Positions 26,501 through 38,500 of a stretch of 64,000 nt of DNA are shown here, in pieces. Within the stretch, counting starts at the first letter, position 1; each line of letters begins with the position of its first letter. Both the position numbers and the translations under genes were made by a program. The stretch covers positions 1,240,001 to 1,304,000 of the forward strand of contig OZ037768.1 in assembly GCA_964035545.1 (NCBI GenBank). The letters run 5' to 3'. Under the pieces are notes generated by a model that was not told the DNA's origin, did not search any database, and was given only the letters and a program-made list of their open reading frames with translations. Source of the DNA: Bugula neritina (lineage: Eukaryota; Animalia; Bryozoa).

Positions 26501-29500
26501 CTTTGCTGCCAGCTCGTTCCTATGAAGCTCTGCCTAATCTCAAGCGACTTGCAGGACAGTTGAAGACTGAGAAGACTGCTGACTCTACAACCACCAGGTA
26601 ACTCCCTATTCACTACCTTGCTATCCCAACAGCTTCTGGATCATGTCTCTAGTATATGCAATAGAACTTTACCTGTAGAATAAATTTTCTTTCCTACACT
26701 TACATGTATAAATCTATTAATGTTTCACCTGCTTGAAGCAGCAAATGCCTGTTGAATGTCCATTTACAAAGATTTTAGTATTTATTTTTTGTTAATAGTG
26801 GCTCAACGTCGGATAAATCTTTTGTTTCTCTCCTCAAACCCAACAACACGCCAAAGACATCAACAGACGACATGCAGGTAAAGAAGAAGGTTCGTACCGG
26901 CAAGCAGGTAATTATTTTGTTGTTTATCCTGGCACTCTGGGACTAACAACAGTTGAGTTTAGTTTATTTTATTTTTAATAAAAAAAAGTTTATTTTAAGC
27001 TTATAATGTTTATAATAGATTTTTTTGCATCTGCGATTTTATATAGCAATTGCTGCCCCTGTAAGGCAGCCCTATATAATGCTGACGGCCTTCGCTACAT
27101 GCTTGCAGGAAAGATAATTACTAATTGTAATGTGTTATACCTGACCATCAACTAAATAGCATTTTGGTGAACAAGGCAACTCCAAACAAGATGACAACAG
27201 ATAATCAGCTGAATTTCAAATTGTTGCCCTTCAATGGATTGCCTACCCTTCTCTCTATTTAAATACTTTTTTGCATGCAAAAGTTTGGAATGATTTGAGA
27301 AGACAACTTTGATTCAAAATTTCCCTTCTCGGCTCTTTTCTCAAATAGTAGACTAAAAAAGGTGTCATTGTTTTTCTGTCCAATTAAATAAATTCAGTTT
27401 TTAAGTTTTACTAAAGATAAAATGTGTTTTTCCTCTGCCACAATATTCGTATAGCAAAGCACCTTTTAGTTTGGAGTTATTTTCCCTATATACATGTAGC
27501 ACTATTTGTTTATCGTAATATTCACACAGAGCATGCTAGAAGATGAGAAAAATGAAATCCGAATGAAACTGCAACGAGAAAATAAAAGCCATCGAATAAA
27601 CCAGAAGCCCAACAGGAGAGTTGGGAAGAGGCAGCTTCAGGTGCAAGTTACTTCTGTTTTAGGGGTGCTGCTGATATTCGTACATAACGTTGTGCAACGC
27701 TGCTTTTCACTTGTGGGTTCAAAAGTTGTTTTATTTTTATTAAAACAGGAAGCGATATATTTGCATGCGATACGATATTGTATTGAGGCTGTGGCCTGTA
27801 CTCTGTTAGCATTCTGTTCCCAGGCTGCCAGGGAAGCGGGTTCTAAGGCTTCCTCTACTGAATCACTTAAACGCAGAAATAGACGCAAGTCTAATCAGCA
27901 ACCAAGACCTAGTAATGAAGGGGACGTTGTGTTCCCCAACGCTGCTCCTGTTACTGCTGGTGAGTGGAACTGAGCCTAAGTTAACAGATCAGTTAGGCAG
28001 CTGTAATAGGATGTCACTGTGTGCATTCTTTGAGCATACATGTTATTTTTTGTTGAATTGTGTTTGCTTTTTCGCTAATCTAATTTGGTTTAAGTTAGAG
28101 TTTTGAAAAGTTGACACAGTCATAGCTTCTTTCTCTTCACGTCTGCTTTTGTTCTTGACTCACAGAGCAGCCCAGACTGAAACGTCCGTACATAAGAACG
28201 AAGTTGGCAAAGGAGAAGCCTGTAGACATGGTGAAGTTAGCTGTGCCGTTTGAGTATGGCTGGCGGAGGGAGACGAGGATCAGAGGTATCAGTAAGAACG
28301 GGAGAATGATCGGGGAGGTGTTCTACTATACTCCCAACGACAAGCGTATGAGGAGCTTCAATGACGTGCTGAAGTATCTGGCGCAACTTCGTGCCAGAAA
28401 TGAACAAGCCACTACTCAGGGGGATGATGACAAATCTACACACGACACTGTCTCAGATGGGGAGGGGGTCTCACAGCCACCTGGTTAGTCATACAGTGTC
28501 CGTGTGTCTCTCTGTAAATTGTAATAAAATTGGATCCAGTTGGGTGTTGTTAACATTTTGATCAATATAGTTTAAGTTTTATGCAATTTTTCAAAAAAAT
28601 TGCATAAAATAATGATAGCAGCTTTTTTATCAGACTCAGTGGAAAGTTTGCTAAAGTTTAACAGGTTGTAAATATCTCATTGTTGTGCTATGAAATTGCA
28701 GACAGTTTGTTGGCTATAAATACACATTTACAGTATGTCATGATGGTGTTCTTATAGCTGAGTGTGGCACTGAGTTACAAGTTTCTAGTGACACTAGTGA
28801 TAAGGTGCCCTCGTCTTCTGTGAATACTGCTCAAAGTGACATCACTCCTGCCACCCACTCTGACATCAGTGATACGGTGCCCTCTTCTGTGAATACTGCT
28901 CAAAATGACATCACTCCTGCCATCCACTGTGATGACAGTGACAAGGTGCCCTCTTCTGCTGAGACTCCTGTTCACAATGGTGTTGCTAGTGAGGCTACAG
29001 CTGGGACCACACAGACTGCTGGTAACTCGGCTAAAGAGGGGGTCTCAATGAAAGGGCGACCAGCTCAATGGCTAGTACTCTCCAAGGAGCACTTCTCTTT
29101 CAGCACCAAAGTTAAGTTGGGGGACTTCCTGGAGCAAAAGCCAGGAGAAAAGGTAATAATGCTACACAATCAGTTGTACTCTATCTCACAGTACGTACTC
29201 TATCTCACAGTACGTACTCTATCTCATACTATGTACTCTATCTCACAGTATGTACTCTATCTCACACTATGTACTCTATCTCACAGTACGTACTCTATCT
29301 CACAGTACGTACTCTATCTCACAGTACGTACTCTATCTCACAGTACGTACTCTATCTCACAGTACGTACTCTATCTCACAGTACGTACTCTATCTCACAG
29401 TACGTACTCTATCTCACAGTACGTACTCTATCTCACAGTACGTACTCTATCTCACAGTACGTACTCTATCTCACAGTATGTACTCTTGAACGACGAGGAG

Positions 29501-32500
29501 AGGGATAAGAGAATACAGCTGGCCGATGAGAAAAGATGCAAACAGATTGAGAAGCTGAATAAAGTGAAAGCTAAGAAGATCGGGCTGAAGGAGACTGAGC
29601 AGCCTCAAACTGAAAAGGAGGTTCGTAGTTGAATGAATGTGAATGATGTCTAATATACATAAGACGCTCACACGGTACTCACTCACAACACACTCAGTGC
29701 ATGCACACACAACACACGCACACACAACACACGCACACACAACACAGTACACACACACACACACACACACTATGCACGCTATGCACACTACGCACACACA
29801 TATATACGAAATGCTGTTACTGAATACAGCGCAAGCAGTCGGAGCTGACGAGAAAATCTCTGCAGATGAAGTTGAAGAAACAGCTGGAGAGAGAAAAGGT
29901 CAAGACCGAACAGGACATAATGAAGCGGCAGCGAGCACTGACGATAATCTTGAAGAAGAAACAGCAGCAAGAAGAAAGAGATCGAGACAGACAGGAGAAA
30001 CAGGAGAAAGCTAGATATATGTTGGAGGTGTGTGTGTATACTACTACAGTGTGTATACTACTACAGTGTATATACTACTACAGTGTGTATACTACTACAG
30101 TGTGTATACTACTACAGTGTGTATACTACTACAGTGTGTATACTACAGTGTGTATACTACTACAGTGTGTATACTACTACAGTGTGTATACTACTACAGT
30201 GTGTATACTACTACAGTGTGTATACTACAGTGTGTATACTACTACAGTGTGTATACTACTACAGTGTGTATACTACTACAGTGTGTATACTACAGTGTGT
30301 ATACTACAGTGTGTATACTACAGTGTGTATACTACAGTGTGTATACTACTACAGTGTGTATACTACTACAGTGTGTATACTACTACAGTGTGTATACTGC
30401 TACAGTGTGTATACTACAGTGTGTATACTACAGTGTGTATACTACTACAGTGTGTATACTACTACAGTGTGTATACTACAGTGTGTATACTACAGTGTAT
30501 ACTAAACTTGCATTGCATGACACACCGTAATAGCCGTGACAGCAGTATGGTAATTGTAATATCACTATTCTATATGTAACACTGAAGTATCTTATTGACC
30601 CTCAGTAAAATGTTAATTAGGAACGTGCGAGAAAGTTGAGAGAATTACGAGAACGGAAAGCTCAGCAGCGAATTGACAAAATGATGGTAATTGGCTGATT
30701 CACGCAGCTCTCACTTTCTTGAACTTACACTCTGCGTGTACTTACACTCTGCGTGTACTTACACTCTGTGTGTACTTACACTCTGCGTGTACTTACACTC
30801 TGCGTGTACTTACACTCTGCGTGTACTTACACTCTGCGTGTACTTACATTTGCTGCACTCTGCGTGCACTTACACTCTGCGTGTACTTACATTTGCTGCA
30901 CTCTGCGTGTACTTGGCATTTGCTGTAACTTACATACACTACAATTCTGCTCACTTGCACCACGTATACTTACTTTGCACTGCTATGTGAACTTTGAACT
31001 GTCTAAACTGACGCTGTCGAGTGCATTATTTCTTTCTTATTGAAGCTGCCTTGTAATTAATCCTCCATTACCAAATACATAGATTTATTGAACCACTTTC
31101 TGAGTTATCTTTCCACTTGCACCAAGAAGTCTATTTGATGTGCTTAAACCGCCTCTTTCTTACTTAACACACATTTTCACTCCAAAATTTGTTTTCCCAG
31201 CTGCACACGAGAGATTTGATGATCACTTGAGTTGCTCCTCCAATTGATTTATCATAGATTGAATATGATTTCCTTCCTCTATGCTATACATACAGTAGTG
31301 TGGTGTAATATATTACAGTCATATGTCTATATTATGGTAATGTGTTACAGCCATATGTCTATATTATAGTAATATATTACAGTCATATTTCTATATTATG
31401 GTAATATATTACAGTCGTATGTCTATATTATGGTAATATATTACAGTCATATTTCTATATTATAGTAATATATTATAGCTATATGTATGCTATATTACAG
31501 CCATATGTCTATATTATGGTAATGTGTTACAGCCATATGTCTATATTATAGTAATATATTACAGTCATATTTCTATATTATGGTAATATATTACAGTCGT
31601 ATGTCTATATTATGGTAATATATTACAGTCATATTTCTATATTATAGTAATATATTATAGCTATATGTATGCTATATTACAGCCATATGTCTATATTATA
31701 GTAATATAATATAGCTATGTGTATGCTATATTATAGTCATATGTCTATATTTAGTGATATATTACTATACTACAATGCTATGTGCTTTGGTTGTGCAGAT
31801 GAGAGAAAGGCAAAGACAGTGTCTCATCAACACAAAGATTATGGAAACAAAGCGTAGAGAAGAGGTAAATGTTCTCAATGATGTCTACACACTAGAGTAA
31901 CCTTTTCAAGTAAAACGCAAGTTATCTGAATTTTAATCTTTCTTTCTAGGAAAGAAAGAGACATCAAATCGAGAAGATTGTCCAGAAGGAAAGACGTCTT
32001 GAGATTAAAAAGAGACAAATAGAATTAGCTAGAGAATTAAAGCAACCTGTTGAAGATCTAAGGCTACCCAATGTCAAGGTGACTTGAGTTCTCAGGCAAT
32101 GAAAACCTTTCGCTATTTGCTCTGACGTATAACTCCACAATGTTGGTATATTTAGTGTATATGTAGTGTATATTTAGTGTATATGTTATATGTGTGTATT
32201 CCCTGTACCACATGTTCACGTGTCCGTGTTGTAGTGTCTACCAGAACTCAACAGAATTCCCGGCATGAAGTTGTCCGGCAGCGTGTTTGCTGACGTGCTG
32301 CAGTGTCACCAGTTCCTCACCAACTTCCACGAGTGTCTGGAGCTGAAGCAGAGCGTGCCGACTCTAAACACCTTCCAGCAGGCGCTCATCGGCAGCAGTA
32401 AGCACAGCCGGCACGCTGTCAATAAAATCCTCTCGCACATGCTCAACTTCGCCCTCCGAGACCCGGGGGTCCGCAACCCTACCAAGGTATTGCACTCTGG

Positions 32501-35500
32501 TATATCATACACTATACTCTAGTATATCATACAGTATACTCTAGTATATCATACAGTATACTCTAGTATATCATACAGTATACTCTAGTATATCATACAG
32601 TATACTCTAGTATATCATACAGTATACTCTGTTATATCATACAGTATACTCTAGTATATCATACAGTATACTCTAGTATATCATACAGTATACTCTAGTA
32701 TATCATACAGTATACTATAGTATATCATACAGTATACTATAGTATATCATACAGTATACTCTGTTATATCATACAGTATACTCTAGTATATCATACAGTA
32801 TACTCTAGTATATTATACAGTATACTCTGGTATATCATACAGTATACTCTAGTATATCATACAGTATACTCTAGTATATCATACAGTACACTCTGGTATA
32901 TCATACAGTATACTCTGGTATATCATACAGTACACTCTGGTATATTATACAGTACACTCTGGTATATTATACAGTATACTCTAGTATATCATACAGTATA
33001 CTCTAGTATATCATACAGTATACTCTAGTATATCATACAGTATACTCTAGTATATCATACAGTATACTCTAGTATATCATACAGTATACTCTAGTATATC
33101 ATACAGTACACTCTAGTATATCATACAGTACACTCTAGTATATCATACAGTACACTCTAGTATATCATACAGTACACTCTAGTATATCATACAGTACACT
33201 CTAGTATATCATACAGTATACTCTAGTATATCATACAGTATACTCTGGTATATCATACAGTACACTCTGGTATATCATACAGTACACTCTGGTATATCAT
33301 ACAGTACACTCTGGTATATCATACAGTACACTCTGGTATATCATACAGTACACTCTGGTATATCATACAGTACACTCTGGTATATCATACAGTACACTCT
33401 GGTATATCATACAGTACACTCTGGTATATCATACAGTATACTCTGGTATATCATACAGTATACTCTGGTATATCATACAGTATACTCTGGTATATCATAC
33501 AGTATACTCTGGTATATCATACAGTATACTCTGGTATATCATACAGTATACTCTGGTATATCATACAGTATACTCTGGTATATCATACAGTATACTCTGG
33601 TATATCATACAGTATACTCTGGTATATCATACAGTATACTCTGGTATATCATACAGTATACTCTGGTATATCATACAGTATACTCTGGTATATCATACAG
33701 TATACTCTGGTATATCATACAGTATACTCTGGTATATCATACAGTATACTCTGGTATATCATACAGTATACTCTGGTATATCATACAGTATACTCTGGTA
33801 TATCATACAGTATACTCTGGTATATCATACAGTATACTCTGGTATATCATACAGTACACTCTGGTATATCATACAGTACACTCTGGTATATCATACAGTA
33901 TACTCTGGTATATCATACAGTACACTCTGGTATATCATACAGTATACTCTGGTATATCATACAGTACACTCTGGTATATCATACAGTATACTCTAGTATA
34001 TCATACAGTATACTCTGGTATATCATACAGTACACTCTAGTATATCATACAGTACACTCTAGTATATCATACAGTACACTCTAGTATATCATACAGTACA
34101 CTCTAGTATATCATACAGTACACTCTAGTATATCATACAGCACACTCTAGTATATCATACAGTATACTCTAGTATATCATACAGTATACTCTGGTATATC
34201 ATACAGTATACTTTAGTATATTATAGTCTGTGTTGTTTGCAGTTCTCCAATGAAATTGGTCAGAAGCTGAATAACCTTATAGTGGATGAGTGGAATTTTT
34301 CAGAAATTCTTCGAGTATTCATATTGGAAAGGGACACAACTCCCTCTCAGGTTAGTTAAATATTCAAGTATGAGTTCAAGCATACCCAGGCACTCTGTGA
34401 TCATATCTAGTGTGTCTGTATTGCGTTGTCTGTCGTTATTAGCTGACGCGGGAGCTTGAGCAGAAGCCCTTTGACTGTCTATGTGCCGAGATGAAATCCA
34501 AGGCTATGGTATGGCTGTGTGACGAGTTGAATACGAGTAAGACGGTGACGGAGGAGATAGATAACAACATGGAGAGTGTGCTGAACCTGCGGCGGGATAA
34601 GTGGGAGTTGGAGGGGAAACTCAGAGAGTAAGTAACCAGTTATTTTTCTCTCTGCTAGCGAGAGTAAGAATAGGAGTAAGTTACTAGTAAGTATAAGAGT
34701 AAGTTACTAGTAAGTATAAGAGTAAGTTACTAGTAAGTGTAAGAGTAAGTTACTAGTAAGTATAAGAGTAAGTTACTAGTAAGTGTAAGAGTAAGTTACT
34801 AGTAAGTATAAGAGTAAGTTACTAGTAAGTATAAGAGTAAGTTACTAGTAAGTATAAGAGTAAGTTACTAGTAAGTGTAAGAGTAAGTTACTGGTAAGTG
34901 TAAGAGTAAGTTACTGGTAAGTATAAGAGTAAGTTACTGGTAAGTATAAGAGTAAGTTACTAGTAAGTGTAAAAGTAAGTTACTAGTAAGTATAAGAGTA
35001 AGTTACTGGTAAGTGTAAGAGTAAGTTACTAGTAAGTATAAGAGTAAGTTACTGGTAAGTGTAAGAGTAAGTTACTAGTAAGTGTAAGAGTAAGTTACTG
35101 GTAAGTATAAGAGTAAGTTACTAGTAAGTGTAAGAGTAAGTTACTAGTAAGTATAAGAGTAAGTTACTAGTAAGTGTAAGAGTAAGTTACTAGTAAGTAT
35201 AAGAGTAAGTTACTAGTAAGTGTAAGAGTAAGTTACTAGTAAGTATAAGAGTAAGTTGCTGGTAAGTGTAAGAGTAAGTTACTAGTAAGTGTAAGAGTAA
35301 GTTACTGGCAAGTATAAGAGTAAGTTGCTGGTAAGTGTAAGAGTAAGTTACTAGTAAGTATAAGAGTAAGTTACTGGTAAGTGTAAGAGTAAGTTACTAG
35401 TAAGTGTAAGAGTAAGTTACTAGTAAGTATAAGAGTAAGTTACTAGTAAGTGTAAGAGTAAGTTACTAGTAAGTATAAGAGTAAGTTACTAGTAAGTGTA

Positions 35501-38500
35501 AGAGTAAGTTACTAGTAAGTATAAGAGTAAGTTGCTGGTAAGTGTAAGAGTAAGTTACTAGTAAGTGTAAGAGTAAGTTACTGTCAAGTATAAGAGTAAG
35601 TTGCTGAAAGGTAACGAAGAATTTATGTTGAACAAGCCACACAATTTAATAAAACACAGCAAATGCTTTAAAGTCGACTTTTCTGTTTTCTTTCAAATGT
35701 ATGTGTATTAGGAATGTGTAGTTTATATGTTCTATACATTGTGCTATAATTCTAGACTAAAGTCAAGTTGCGGAGACCTAAACAAACATCCGGGCAAGTC
35801 AAAGGATCCCGACAACAGCGATCAGAGTGACAATGAAGACGAGTCTGCTGCAGATCAGCTCTCTAATGCTGAAGGAAGTAAACCGCAGAGTAATGCAGGG
35901 GTAAGAATGTGTTTGACTAGAAACTGTTAGAGTATATTGTCCTCTCTCCAACTAGTGGCCATTATTACTGTAGTTCTACTTCCTTATATGCTGTCAGCCA
36001 GGGTTGGGGTAATTGTAATTTGTAATTGTAATTGGCTGTAATTAATTACATTTTTTCAAGTAATTGAATGTAATTTGTAATTGAGGTTTAAAAATGTAAT
36101 TGTAATTGTAATTGTAATTAATTACATATCTAATGTAATTGATTTTTACAATTACTTTATAATTACATGTCAATTACTTCAAACTTTTAAATCTTAAAAA
36201 ACTCCTTTTTCTACAATGCCTATTGGTAAATAACAAATTCAGATAGTTAGGTCAGTAAAGTAGGGTCATTCCATGCCAGCTCACCGAATTGCCCGCGTCT
36301 ATTTGCGTCGCAGATTTTGTTCATGTTTACACCAAATAGACCTACAAATGCCTCACGTACTCTTCTTCAGTATTTCTGACCTGACACAAATTTTTTTTGA
36401 GAACTGACTACTTTTGTGGACAAAGGTTGAGAAACATTTTGAGGAAAATTTGTGATTTCTACTTTGAGACTAATCTATAAACGTCTATATCTCAATCATT
36501 TTTCTAGACTGAGCCTTAAAATTTGCTGTGTGATTTGATACTACCTATCAATTTGCACTAGTAGCAACACATATTACAGAATACTTTGTGCGCTTATATG
36601 CAAAGTCATTGAATATGAACAAATCTTTGTAAATATTGAAAAATTGCAAATACCCACCTAATCAAATTTTAAATTGCTTATAAATTGGTCTAAAAGTATA
36701 AATCACAAATTTTCCTCAAAATATTTTCCAATCTTTGTTCACCAAAGTAGTAATTTCTCAAAATGTTTTTGTGTCAGGCCAGAAATATTCACGAATGGTA
36801 ATCTGAACATGTGTAGGTTTATTTAGTGTAAATATGAGTTGGACGTGGGACCCCTTGAAAGTTGGTTGATTTGGTATGGAATGACATAATAGTATCACTG
36901 TAGAAAATAAAAGAGGTTCACCACTGTCAACACTGCCCCTGGTAGTTAGACCCTAGAAGTGACTTCTATTTATTCCTTGTGAGAACAAAAGTAATTGTAA
37001 TTGTAATTAATTACATTGCCATGTAATTGTAATTGTAATTAATTACATTTGTTTTAACTGTAATTATAATTGTAATTGTAATTGACAAATCTTCATGTAA
37101 TTGTAATTGTAATTAATTACATTTACATGTAATTGACCCCAACCCTGCTGTCAGCTCAGCCCTAACTGCTGCTCCTTCAGGTTGACAAGAAAATGGACTC
37201 GGCAGATGAGAAGAAGTTGGAGAAGCTGACGAAGCTGTACGCCAAGTGCTGCAAGGATGTAGTCACTAAGTGCGGCACGGTGCGCACCTTCCCCTACGGG
37301 ATGGACCGTTACAGGAGGTACTACTGGTCTCTCCCTTCCTTTAGAGGCGTGTTAGTCGAGTCACACGAAAGCTCTGTACATAGCACTGCTAGTGCTGCAA
37401 CCGACCGTGAACTCAACATGCAGCAGCCGTCTGAGTCGGAGAAAGAAAAGAAAGTGGAAGATAGTCGTGTGCCACAGACAGCCGCTGTCTGTAAAGTGGA
37501 ATCAATAGAAACGGATGAATTGAAACTTGATGTAAAGTGTGAGACGAAGCCTGTGGTCCCTGCATCTGATACGCCTGAGGTTAAAGTCATGGATAGTGCC
37601 GTCAGTCTGAGTGAATCTCCTAAGACAGCTGTTCCAGTAAAACTGAATGGAATAAAGAGCGCATCACACAGCATAGCCTCGTGGCTGAGTTCCACTATAG
37701 ACAATATATTCACTAAGGAAGGGGGCGAAGAAGGGGCCCCCACATCTAGTCACAGTCCACTAACCTCTAGTCAATCTACTAGTCAGTATAATAACTCATC
37801 CACCAGCTTGACCTCTTCAACTCCTATAGTTGTTCCCGTCCTACCAGCAACTAATCATGTGACTACTCTTCCACCACAACTCTACACACAGACAGACAAC
37901 GTTGACGCGTGGTTTGAGTTGGCTAGGTAAATTGTCTTCTCTTTTTACTCAGACTAATTCAGTAAATAGGAAATGCTAGTATTTAGAGACCTGCTGAAAT
38001 GCTTTAATCATTGATATTGTTAGTTAATCATTCCATTCATATTTAAAGGAGAAAATAGAAGTATTATATCGTTAACCTTTCTGATTATATCCCATTTAAG
38101 TATCTGCTAATCTTTCAGACTTTTTTATAAACTAATAAACAGATCACATAACATGTCTGTCTGTTCACAGGAAGTTGCCGTGTGATAAACTAGAGAAGTT
38201 TAGTCCACAACTCGTGTCGAACTCCCTAGCATTCATGAACTGCGTGACGGGCAGCGAAGAGCAGAAGGAACTGGAAGCTTTAGAGAGATTAGCTGCCAAA
38301 GCGGCCATCTTAGATTCTGACAGAGTCGTTCCAACAAGTGAGTAGAAATTTGGTCACATGATATACTGGTCACATATGATATACTAGTCACATGATATAC
38401 TGGTCACATGATATACTGGTCACACATGATATACTGGTCACATATGATATACTAGTCACATGATATACTGGTCACATGATATACTGGTCACATATGATAT

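Noticed and set aside
28577-28609. 15-bp A/T-rich hairpin in a BAZ2 intron
   Set aside because: Low complexity, with no TSD or family evidence; likely a local inverted duplication.
29250-31043. Long repetitive ORFs (YSISQYVL..., VYTTTVCILLQC..., LHSACTYT...)
   Set aside because: They are translations of intronic minisatellites open in several frames, not independent genes.
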